Positions 28,357 to 36,536 of a stretch of DNA of 64,000 nucleotides are shown piece by piece. The position numbers were made by a program, and so were the translations under genes. The stretch covers positions 468,730 through 532,729 of the IMG/VR virus record IMGVR_UViG_3300049215_000771; one strand, given 5' to 3'. The number at the start of each line of letters is the position of its first letter. Within the stretch, counting starts at the first letter, position 1. The notes under the pieces are model-generated. The model saw nothing but the letters and a program-made list of their open reading frames with translations. It was not told the origin of the DNA and made no database searches.

Positions 28357-28560
28357 TCACTCAATCTCACTGACAAATTCTACACGTCGCCCACGTCGTT
28401 TAACATCCTTGTTCAAATCAATTCTCATCCAGCAGTATTGCCCGGTCGATATTCCCATTTCAGCCAGGTACTTCTGGCACGCTTCGACGATTTCACTTTC
28501 CGTCAGGGTCACGACCGCCTTCTTATTGCCCTTCGCTTTGCGGAATCGCATCGTCGTCAA
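28357..28560 (-). CDS. Hypothetical protein
   Basis: Small ORF. Confidence 0.5.
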   Translation of the reverse strand: MTTMRFRKAKGNKKAVVTLTESEIVEACQKYLAEMGISTGQYCWMRIDLNKDVKRRGRRVEFVSEIE

Positions 28561-28717
28561 TGCTCCGGTACTTCGGCTTCTTCAGCAGCGGCTTGCCATC
28601 CCACAATCGCTTCAGATTTTCCCACTCCCACACAGTCCTGGCTCGTAGCTCGAAGGCTTCTTCCAGGTTCCAGCCCGCCGCCCGAAGGTTGGCGATTTCT
28701 TCCTCGTTAAATAGCAT
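28523..28717 (-). CDS. Small protein with YRSIDD motif
   Basis: KKPKYRSIDDD. Confidence 0.6.
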   Translation of the reverse strand: MLFNEEEIANLRAAGWNLEEAFELRARTVWEWENLKRLWDGKPLLKKPKYRSIDDDAIPQSEGQ

Positions 28718-29192
28718 CGAGCATGTCCTTGATCTTGGCGTACTTCTCCCACACGATCTGAGCGTCGTGCTTGTTGATATAACCGAACGAGAAAAAGCAA
28801 GGATAGCCATTCACCCCACGAGGACCAGCTTTGTCGTAATACTCGTAGATCATGCCGATGTCTTGCTTGTACTCGTCCGTGGCGTCGGCAAACGCTCCCA
28901 GGACGAGCGGCATGAAAATCATGCCCAGGTGCGTGATGTCAAATTCCCGAACATGCCGGTCAGTAAACACCAGGTTCATGGCGATGTCTTTCGCCAATTG
29001 CGTCAGGTACTCCGATGGCTTGTTGTCGATTGCCTTGGGCTTCAACGCCCCGACAGCCCAATCTCCCTTCATGGGGGCTTCTGAAACTTCTTCTTTCACC
29101 ATCATTGCCTCAGTACAGCGTTCACAGTCGCATTCACAACCACCCATGCGCCAGCTTGTCTGACACAACCCCTGGCGACAATGTTCTACCAT
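28707..29192 (-). CDS. Hypothetical phage protein
   Basis: IYEYYDKAGPRGVNGYPCFFS; start uncertain. Confidence 0.65.
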   Translation of the reverse strand: MVEHCRQGLCQTSWRMGGCECDCERCTEAMMVKEEVSEAPMKGDWAVGALKPKAIDNKPSEYLTQLAKDIAMNLVFTDRHVREFDITHLGMIFMPLVLGAFADATDEYKQDIGMIYEYYDKAGPRGVNGYPCFFSFGYINKHDAQIVWEKYAKIKDMLDAI

Positions 29193-29256
29193 GAAGACAC
29201 CGAAAACGCTGCAAGGTTCGTGTTCCGGGCGGATTTTGGCGAGGAATCCGCCCGGA

Positions 29257-29556
29257 TCACGTTTCGACCTTCACCAATTTGCCAAAGACCCCGTTGCGGC
29301 CAACCCAGCCGTTAATATGGCCTCGGTTGTTCCCGATCTGGTAGCGGTCCCCCTGGACTGCCTTCACCAGATGAAGATATTGACGACCGGCGACCTTGCA
29401 CAAGACAACATCACCAACTTCAATATCACCGCTGATGGGTTCCACGGTGCAGAGTTGGCCGCTATCGACCTTTCCCTTCATCGAGGAACCCCGTGGACGA
29501 AACTTCACAGTCTCGCCCGCCTGCAACTTCGAGATGTAGCCGGTTGCCCAGCCCAT
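29257..29556 (-). CDS. S24/S26 peptidase-like small protein
   Basis: RGSSM...VGDVVLCKV...LHLVKA...GNN. Confidence 0.7.
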   Translation of the reverse strand: MGWATGYISKLQAGETVKFRPRGSSMKGKVDSGQLCTVEPISGDIEVGDVVLCKVAGRQYLHLVKAVQGDRYQIGNNRGHINGWVGRNGVFGKLVKVET

Positions 29557-29579
29557 ATTTGCCGCCTTTGTGTGGGTAT

Positions 29580-29635
29580 AAAAAAAGAACCCCGGCAGCC
29601 TGTTTCCCTTTTGAGGATTCGGCTGCCGGGGTTCT
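29580..29635 (-). terminator. Strong intrinsic terminator (attenuator 3:4 hairpin)
   Basis: 15-bp AGAACCCCGGCAGCC/GGCTGCCGGGGTTCT followed by a T run. Confidence 0.9.
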
Positions 29636-29653
29636 ACCCCCACAAAGTCCTTG

Positions 29654-29737
29654 TCAGACCGTGCAGCCTCCCTCAGCGCTATACGAAAATAGCGACGACG
29701 AGGAAAACAGACTAAGTGACAAGGAGAAGAAATTCAC
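29654..29737 (-). CDS. Leader peptide MNFFSLSLSLFSSSSLFSYSAEGGCTV
   Basis: GTG start after AAAGGG; 18 consecutive F/S/L/Y codons; TGA 18 nt before the terminator. Confidence 0.8.
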   Translation of the reverse strand: MNFFSLSLSLFSSSSLFSYSAEGGCTV

Positions 29738-29766
29738 GGTTTTTCCCTTTTGTTCAGGTTATGACT

Positions 29767-29795
29767 ATGGTAGTCGCCCTGGTTCAAAAAATCAA
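29767..29795 (-). promoter_or_regulatory. Sigma70-type promoter
   Basis: TTGATT-N17-TACCAT. Confidence 0.65.
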
Positions 29796-29859
29796 GGGAA
29801 GTTCCGAAAAATTCTTCCCCCTTGTTTCGACGGTTGGCTGGCTTTGTTCAATTTCCCCT

Positions 29860-29990
29860 ACACCAGCACGCCGGGACATAGCCGGACAGCAGCCAGTTCA
29901 TTGCCTCACTCGATCTCGGTTTCCCGGTGGCCGATATATTGGCTCCCTGGCGGAACCCGGCAATGCCGGTAATCCCGCTACACTGCGCCG
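29860..29990 (-). ncRNA. Structured RNA candidate
   Basis: CGGGAT/GTCCCG, CCGG/CCGG, CATTGCC/GGCAATG, GGTTCC/GGAGCC. Confidence 0.45.
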
Positions 29991-30001
29991 CAACCATCTA
30001 G

Positions 30002-30151
30002 CGAACCACCCAGGAGTCGAACCTGGAGGTTGGACCGGCGTGTACACCCCCGGTGGCCCCAACCCTGGAAACCTCACTTTCCCCCATCAAAAACAAGGTC
30101 GGTTTGCAACCCTTCCATGTTCCATCAAGGTACTCGTTATCCTAGTGGTCC
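30002..30151 (-). ncRNA. 150-nt tRNA-like RNA
   Basis: GGACCAC/GTGGTTC-G acceptor, CCAGG-TTCGACT-CCTGG T-arm, expanded interior. Confidence 0.6.
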
Positions 30152-30163
30152 AATCGTACACAG

Positions 30164-30272
30164 CGGAGAAGGTAGGAGTCGAACCTACAATGTCGGCGGG
30201 AGTTCCCCAGGGAATGCTTGGAACAATACACCTGGGTACTAGCCGCCCGCTTTGCCGTTTGCGTACTTCTCC
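30164..30272 (-). ncRNA. 109-nt tRNA-like RNA with elongated anticodon arm
   Basis: GGAGAAG/CTTCTCC-G, D-arm, T-arm; ~55-nt hairpin replaces the anticodon arm. Confidence 0.7.
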
Positions 30273-30443
30273 GGGAGGCGGTTTGATTACGGCCCAAACC
30301 AGCCAAGAAAAGCCGGTTCGTTTTACGTCTGAATCCAGACGGAGTTGAGTTAAGGCCAACAGCAAAAGCCCGGTCAGTTTACATCGGACTCCAGATGGGC
30401 CAGTTTTAAGTCGTGGCTCCCGACCATCATGACAAGGGTTATA

Positions 30444-30761
30444 CTACTCCGGTTTTTCGGGGTTGTAAACCTCGTTCTGCCATTTTCCTCGCATCCTGCC
30501 AAGATTGTAGCCGGCCAGCAGGGTCATGCGAATGATCCCCACCTTCTGCGTGATCTCAGGGTCATTTTCTGCGCCCCTGGCCAGCGTTTCCGGCTCGAAA
30601 ACGCCCGTCATGTACATCGCCAGCAAATTCTTGAGCGAGGGCTTGTCCCCATCAGCCGGCTCCTGGCACAGAAGCGGCTGGTTAATCAGCTTCATCGCTT
30701 CGTCCAGACAGGCGAAGAACTCCTCGTTGTCCTTGTAGAGTCTGCTTTGCTCATCCGACAT
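30444..30761 (-). CDS. Hypothetical protein
   Basis: Coupled ORF. Confidence 0.55.
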   Translation of the reverse strand: MSDEQSRLYKDNEEFFACLDEAMKLINQPLLCQEPADGDKPSLKNLLAMYMTGVFEPETLARGAENDPEITQKVGIIRMTLLAGYNLGRMRGKWQNEVYNPEKPE

Positions 30762-31518
30762 GATGGTTCTCCAGGAAGTTGTACACGCACCTGTCCGTGC
30801 CGATGGCGACTTCCAGCACCTTGGCCTGGCACACCTGCCCCGAAGATTGTGTCCACTTGCAGTCCGTTCGCTTCGAGATCGAACAGACTTCCATCTTGGT
30901 GGAATCGCAAACAATGTCCACCGTTTCCTCACTGTAGGAAGGCAGCCGGTCACTCTTCTCGACGTAGCAAAGGCCGATCATGTCAGAAATCATCTTCTTG
31001 ACCGCCCCGATCACAGCCTTGCTGTAGTCGTTCTGCGTGGTGACGCCGTACATGCACTGGAATTCCAACTGGTAGAACTCCTTGAGTCGCATATTTTTTG
31101 TCACCTGGTCCTGCTCACGCCGGAACGACTTGCCATGCTGCCAGACGCATATCGGCAGCCTCGTTTTCGTTTCGGTGTGGTCCAGGAGCCACTGGCCGAA
31201 CAAATACGATCCCATCGTCGTTTCGGGGCGCAAAGCCAGGGTATCGTAATCCAGGACCGTATTGGCGTATGTGCCGCCCACAGCCCCTTCTTCCCGCTCA
31301 ACCGCAGGAACGTAGATGTCAGCGGGCGTATAGTTGGGGTTGATGAAGTCTCGTGGCGTCAGAATCGGCGCTTCCACCTGGATCATCTCGAAGGCTCGGT
31401 TCTCGGCTTTGAGAATATCCCTCATGCCGGCCACGAAGTAATCCACCATCATGTTGCGCAGGCGGATTTCCTTCTCGGTCCAGAAAATCAGACCGTTCCG
31501 GTTATACAAACTATCCAT
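30751..31518 (-). CDS. Minimal class II aaRS core, GlyRS (alpha2)-like
   Basis: LRPETT, QHGKSFRRE, MRLKEFYQLEFQ, EVCSISKRTD, VLEVAIGTDR; no anticodon domain. Confidence 0.8.
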   Translation of the reverse strand: MDSLYNRNGLIFWTEKEIRLRNMMVDYFVAGMRDILKAENRAFEMIQVEAPILTPRDFINPNYTPADIYVPAVEREEGAVGGTYANTVLDYDTLALRPETTMGSYLFGQWLLDHTETKTRLPICVWQHGKSFRREQDQVTKNMRLKEFYQLEFQCMYGVTTQNDYSKAVIGAVKKMISDMIGLCYVEKSDRLPSYSEETVDIVCDSTKMEVCSISKRTDCKWTQSSGQVCQAKVLEVAIGTDRCVYNFLENHHVG

Positions 31519-31578
31519 CGTAGTCTCCGGGAGAATAGGGAACCGCCCTTTGGAACTTACCAAAGGGCGGTTGAGGGG

Positions 31579-31752
31579 TTAGTTTTCTTCGTGATGCGCC
31601 GGGTGGTCTTCCACAAAGTCCGGCTTTGCTTCCAGCTTTCCGATAGCCACCTTCAGGTTGGCGAGGGTGGCTTCGGAAACGCCCCCTGAACGATTGATCT
31701 CGCTCAAGGCGTACTCCAACGTGTTGCGAACGAACTCGATGTCTTTGGTCAT
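31579..31752 (-). CDS. Hypothetical protein
   Basis: GGAAGG SD. Confidence 0.5.
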   Translation of the reverse strand: MTKDIEFVRNTLEYALSEINRSGGVSEATLANLKVAIGKLEAKPDFVEDHPAHHEEN

Positions 31753-31762
31753 TGGACCTTCC

Positions 31763-33298
31763 TTATGAAAAGTTACTGCTGTCAGGAGTCGAATCCGGCA
31801 CGTCGGCAGGAGGACTCCAGTTGTCGGACACCGGAATCTCGGCGAACGATTGTGGCGGCGTCGAGTCCGGGACATAGGGACTGGCGTTTTCCAAACTCGG
31901 CGTCGAATCAGGAATCGACGCTCCAACGTCATCCTGAACCGGGTCCGAGTTGGGAATGTCGGGTTGCGCCGGCCAGTCACTCGGCGAAACCTGTTCGGTT
32001 GCTGCGGGTGGTGTCCAGTCCGTGCCAGGAGCATCCGGCCCGGAAGGTGTCGAATCAGGAACCACCGCCTGCGCCGGCCAGCCATCAGCCACAGGCACAA
32101 TGGCATCGGCGACACCAGGCGTCGAATCGGGAACGTCGGGTTGTTGTTCCCAAAAAATACCAGGAAGTCCGGTCGGATCATCCCGCATGTAAGAAGGTTG
32201 GCTGAAGTTGCTCACGATGTCGGCCAGGGCGTAGCCCATGTCCTCGATGAATTCCGGCTCCATGTAGAAGCTGTCGAAATCATCGTCATACATGATCTGA
32301 TGGACTTCACGCTTGCGGTAATACTTCTTGACGTAGGCAGCACGGCTACCCGTCGCCTTGTAGAAGCCAGCCTTGTCCTTCTCCATGCCGGGCACGGCAC
32401 TGGTGAAGTCCTGAATTCGCTTCAGATACTTCCGGTCGCCAATATCGCCGTGCCAGATATGGTAAAGATCACCCTCCACGAAGGACAAAGGCGAACGCAG
32501 GTCTTGCTGCACCATCACCAGACGAGCAGCCTGGTAAAACCGCCTCGACCATTCCAGGGTGTCATCCAGATTGTCAGCATAGCCTTTCTGGATGCAGGGA
32601 TGCGGAATCTGGCCGGCGACGGCATGGGCGAGGATATGGTCGGCCCCGCCAATGAGAGCCTTCTCGTACAACGGGCACTGCTCCAGCACTTCCCGCCGTG
32701 CGCCCCAGGCAAAACCGACATGCCCATGCAAGTCGTAATTCTCGTTGAGCGAAAGAACCATGTTCGTGTCGAAATTGGCGGCAAAACTGCGCCAAACCTT
32801 CTTGTTGCGATGCTCCACGTCGTTGGAGTAGACCTTCACCTGGTCCACGTTGAAAGAAGGAACCAGCTTGTGCTTGTCCAGGTGAACACACCACTCGAAC
32901 GGTTGAATGACGGCGGCGTGCTGCAACGCCTCGACACCTTGCGGCAGCCACCATTTGTTGGTGAACAACACGTCGGCGTCCACCCAAAAAATGTACTTGT
33001 ACTGCGAGGGAAGTTCTGCGACGACCTTGTTGAGAAGGGCTTCTTTGTGGAACAGAAGTGTGTCGGCGTGGACCCGTGTGATGTTCGGACTGTCAGGAAG
33101 CTGTTGTTTCGCATCGGGGCCGACCAGACACTCGATGATCCGATGCGGCAAATGCTTGATCGAGTGATACCACTTCTGGAATGCCAGAAGGCGGTAAGGC
33201 GAGCATTGCGGGTTGAAGAAACATGACACGATCACGGCTTCGGAATGCGTGCGATAACGATTCCGGTTGGTGAAAGTGTTTTTGAGCCAGTCGAACAT
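31763..33298 (-). CDS. Glycosyltransferase-like protein with PDSTP-repeat tail
   Basis: FHKEALLN, FWVDADV, GFAWGARR, GGAD, YHIWHG. Confidence 0.7.
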   Translation of the reverse strand: MFDWLKNTFTNRNRYRTHSEAVIVSCFFNPQCSPYRLLAFQKWYHSIKHLPHRIIECLVGPDAKQQLPDSPNITRVHADTLLFHKEALLNKVVAELPSQYKYIFWVDADVLFTNKWWLPQGVEALQHAAVIQPFEWCVHLDKHKLVPSFNVDQVKVYSNDVEHRNKKVWRSFAANFDTNMVLSLNENYDLHGHVGFAWGARREVLEQCPLYEKALIGGADHILAHAVAGQIPHPCIQKGYADNLDDTLEWSRRFYQAARLVMVQQDLRSPLSFVEGDLYHIWHGDIGDRKYLKRIQDFTSAVPGMEKDKAGFYKATGSRAAYVKKYYRKREVHQIMYDDDFDSFYMEPEFIEDMGYALADIVSNFSQPSYMRDDPTGLPGIFWEQQPDVPDSTPGVADAIVPVADGWPAQAVVPDSTPSGPDAPGTDWTPPAATEQVSPSDWPAQPDIPNSDPVQDDVGASIPDSTPSLENASPYVPDSTPPQSFAEIPVSDNWSPPADVPDSTPDSSNFS

Positions 33299-33336
33299 AC
33301 ACTTCTCCTGTAGGAAGACAGGAAACTAGCTAAGTG

Positions 33337-33960
33337 CTAGTTTCCTGCAAGTTTGGCATGACCCAAGTAGTCGAAAGTTTCATCGGGGTTGCGACGACAG
33401 TAGCCTCGTACCAAGTCGCTGAACAACACCATCGTTTGATAACGGGCCAGCATCTTTCGGATGCTCTCCAACGGAACACAGTGGGTTTCCTGGTTCTTCT
33501 CAAAAAGAAGCTGCGCTGCCGCTTCCAGTTCAGCCTTGTACAACTGCTTGTCCAGCAAGTATGGAGCAATGTCGTTGATCCACCAGGGCGAAGTGGGTTC
33601 CTCGATCTGCACCTTGTACTTGTACTGAACCGCCATGTCGAAGTACGGCATCATCTCGGCGATCCGGGTGTTCGTGTTATCCACGATCACCAGCGGGCGC
33701 TGACGCTGCATGGACTCCCGAACACGACGCTGACACCAGGAGTGTGCGTGATGCAACTTATCCTTCGTCCAGGAAGCGACGTATTCCTCCTTCGTCAAGC
33801 CGAAATAATGGTCAGCCGAGAAGATGACGGTATCATCCCCACCCGACAATTCCTTCGCTCGGTAGCTCTTCCCGGATGCAGGCAAGCCACGCATCAGGAT
33901 GAGCGTCAACTCATTGAGCGGGTCTTGCATCCACTGGAACAGGGGATCGTTGATGTTCAC
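33337..33960 (-). CDS. P-loop polynucleotide kinase-like (AAA_33/N4BP2-like)
   Basis: MRGLPASGKS, FSADHYF, IVDNTN, HCVP. Confidence 0.85.
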   Translation of the reverse strand: MNINDPLFQWMQDPLNELTLILMRGLPASGKSYRAKELSGGDDTVIFSADHYFGLTKEEYVASWTKDKLHHAHSWCQRRVRESMQRQRPLVIVDNTNTRIAEMMPYFDMAVQYKYKVQIEEPTSPWWINDIAPYLLDKQLYKAELEAAAQLLFEKNQETHCVPLESIRKMLARYQTMVLFSDLVRGYCRRNPDETFDYLGHAKLAGN

Positions 33961-34144
33961 GGGCGTCTCCTCTCTTCACGGCTTCCTGGACACACCAGGC
34001 GGCACCACCCCAACAGGCAATGACGCCCCAAATCAGCATCCAGGCCCAATCTTCATTTCGCCATTTGATTCCGATGGCGATACACGCAAAACCGCCCAAA
34101 CCACAGGCAAGGGCGGCAATTGCCAACAGGGTTACAATATCCAT
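33911..34144 (-). CDS. Small membrane protein
   Basis: Two hydrophobic segments. Confidence 0.5.
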   Translation of the reverse strand: MDIVTLLAIAALACGLGGFACIAIGIKWRNEDWAWMLIWGVIACWGGAAWCVQEAVKRGDAREHQRSPVPVDARPAQ

Positions 34145-34145
34145 T

Positions 34146-34853
34146 TTACCTCAGCTTGTTTTTCTTGATCTCATCCCCCAACAGGCATCCCTGTTGAAAA
34201 CCTTCTCGGACCATCTTGAAGCGATCCGTTACCCATTTGCCGTCAGACACCTTGATGTAAATACCTTCCCTGGTTTTTGAGGCGAAGTGGGACGGCCTGT
34301 TGGCAATTTCTTCAAGAAACTCGTAGCTTTGTGCCGATCCCCACACGTCCAAAGGGATCACCTGGAATCCGGCCCGGTTCAGGGCATCCAGACTCGTCAG
34401 CGGGTCAATGTAGTTCCCAGCCTCCTGATCGTACAAGTCGTAGGCGATGAACCAGTCCGGCAACAAGTCGTACTCCATACCGTGCTGCTGAACCATCCAC
34501 TCTCCATAGACCGTGACGGGGCCGACAAGGTTCGTAATTTCCTCAAACTTGTCCTTGTTCTTGTAGAACCAGTTGAACGCCCCGGCAAACTGCGACAGCG
34601 AAGGGTTCAAGTCCTTGCTCAGATCGCCTTTACGGAGAATCTTCGTTCGGTTCCGAATCACTGGATGGCCGTCCACCAATGCCATACCACAGTTAGCCCC
34701 GTCGATTTTCTCCTGAACCATGCAGCGAGAGCCGAAAATGACCGCCGCTTCTTGTTCGGAGGCGATGCGGTCCCCTTTCGTGTTCGGCTTCCAGGGCAGG
34801 TGCCGAGTTGCAGGGTATTCCGGCAGCAGGCTCGTGAGTTTCACCTTTTTCAT
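34146..34853 (-). CDS. RNA ligase family protein
   Basis: YPATRHLPW, QEKIDGAN, VYGEW, FIAYD, EGIYIK, KMVR. Confidence 0.88.
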   Translation of the reverse strand: MKKVKLTSLLPEYPATRHLPWKPNTKGDRIASEQEAAVIFGSRCMVQEKIDGANCGMALVDGHPVIRNRTKILRKGDLSKDLNPSLSQFAGAFNWFYKNKDKFEEITNLVGPVTVYGEWMVQQHGMEYDLLPDWFIAYDLYDQEAGNYIDPLTSLDALNRAGFQVIPLDVWGSAQSYEFLEEIANRPSHFASKTREGIYIKVSDGKWVTDRFKMVREGFQQGCLLGDEIKKNKLR

Positions 34854-34933
34854 ATCTGATGACCGTGAGTTCGGATTTTCCGCTCACCGGCATCATACCA
34901 CGAAAGTTACTGGCTGTAAAGCTAGATAGCCTT

Positions 34934-35701
34934 ATGTGGTCATTCAGAAAATTCCTAGTAGAAGTGGAACAACAAGCCGGCCCGGTGGTCGTCAATATGT
35001 TCAACCTCCCGGACAAAGGCGGCTTGTTCCTGAAACTGGCAAATGGCAAACAAATCGGCCCAATATCCAATATCCAGGCCCAGCAAGGAGACACTACGCA
35101 TAGCCGCTGGATTATAACCTCCCAGGTCGGCCAGCACGCCGTTGGCATGGACCCGGAACTTGCCAAGAAGATCGTCCCAGCCTTCTTCAGACTGCGTGGC
35201 AACCCACCTGCGCAACCGCACCCGGCCCAGCACCAACCTCAACAACCACAGCCAGGACATTTTGAAGCCTTGGCAAAATTATTGCGTTGGTTCGAGCCGC
35301 AACCACCCCCACCACCACAAGGTTGGAGGCCGGAAATGATGGACACTGGACATTGGGATGGCCTGATGAAAAGGATGCAAAACCAGGAAAAACTTCCCTA
35401 CAAGGTGGTATACGACATTGGTGACTATATCAAAAGCTGGAGCGCTCGCCCCAATTTCGTTCGAGAACGAGCGCTCCGCAAATTGAAGGATTCGTTTCCA
35501 GAAGAAGGCGGTCACGCCACCTTCGACGAACTGGAAAAAATGCGTGCCACCAGCGCTGGAGTTCAACAAGACAACGAACTCATCAGTCAAATCCATCGTC
35601 AGCTAATGGACAATGGTTACAACTGGAACGCTGTCCAATTGCCCCAGCAACCAACAGCACGCCGATCCGCCAAGATCGACCTTACTCCTCCACAAACGTA
35701 A
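34934..35701 (+). CDS. Putative virion-internal protein
   Basis: MWSFRKFLVE start after CTAGATAG. Confidence 0.6.
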   Translation: MWSFRKFLVEVEQQAGPVVVNMFNLPDKGGLFLKLANGKQIGPISNIQAQQGDTTHSRWIITSQVGQHAVGMDPELAKKIVPAFFRLRGNPPAQPHPAQHQPQQPQPGHFEALAKLLRWFEPQPPPPPQGWRPEMMDTGHWDGLMKRMQNQEKLPYKVVYDIGDYIKSWSARPNFVRERALRKLKDSFPEEGGHATFDELEKMRATSAGVQQDNELISQIHRQLMDNGYNWNAVQLPQQPTARRSAKIDLTPPQT

Positions 35702-36536
35702 CTTTCTCAAGCGGCTTGACGGCATCGTACCCTTCCGGCCCGCCGTCCGTGTCGAGGAACACCAACCCCTTCTCGATGGTAAGTTCCACAGGCCGAACAT
35801 CGAACTTGCGCTCCACGTCCATCTTCAGATTTCGATCATGCCGAACCGGATGGTACTGCATAATCTCGGCCACGATGTCATCGGCGTCCTTCTTCTTCTC
35901 GAAAATGGCAAGGCCGAACGTAAATTCCAACACCAGCCCTTGCTCGACAACGGCCCAGCCCTGTTTCGGCTGCCAGATGTCGTTGTCTTGCATTGACTTG
36001 TAGACCTTGCGGAAGGCCGGCAACATCTTGTAGAACTGCCAGTACCAGTTCACGTCCTTCTGGTACAATTGCTTCTGATCCTTCTTGCCGATATGATCCC
36101 AGGCCAGATAGTTGACGCCACTAGCGATGACTTCAACAGCATCTTCCAGGTGGTCCAAGTCCTTACCGTAGGCCCGGACTCGAACATCGGCATCTTTCTT
36201 CACTGCTTCCCACAGGTCGATAATCTTCTGTTGAACCTCGTTCGGTTCATCGTGGTGATGGCGAAGGAGGTATGATGCCTCCCACAGCGGTTCCACGTCG
36301 ATGTAGAATTCCTCCCGGATGACGCCGAACAAAATGTCCCGGACCCGGCTGATATTGCCACAACAGGCTGGCAGATATTCCCCTTCCTTGTTGAGACAGC
36401 CAACCCACTGTTCCGGTGTCAGGTCAAGGACCACCGACGACACCTTCGGGTTGTCCGCCCAACTCGGTTCGATTGTCAAGCCCTTGGCCTTGTACTTCTC
36501 CACCAGCGCCGCCCGCTTGTCTTTTTTCTTGCTCAT
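35682..36536 (-). CDS. Hypothetical protein
   Basis: 284-aa ORF. Confidence 0.7.
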   Translation of the reverse strand: MSKKKDKRAALVEKYKAKGLTIEPSWADNPKVSSVVLDLTPEQWVGCLNKEGEYLPACCGNISRVRDILFGVIREEFYIDVEPLWEASYLLRHHHDEPNEVQQKIIDLWEAVKKDADVRVRAYGKDLDHLEDAVEVIASGVNYLAWDHIGKKDQKQLYQKDVNWYWQFYKMLPAFRKVYKSMQDNDIWQPKQGWAVVEQGLVLEFTFGLAIFEKKKDADDIVAEIMQYHPVRHDRNLKMDVERKFDVRPVELTIEKGLVFLDTDGGPEGYDAVKPLEKVTFVEE

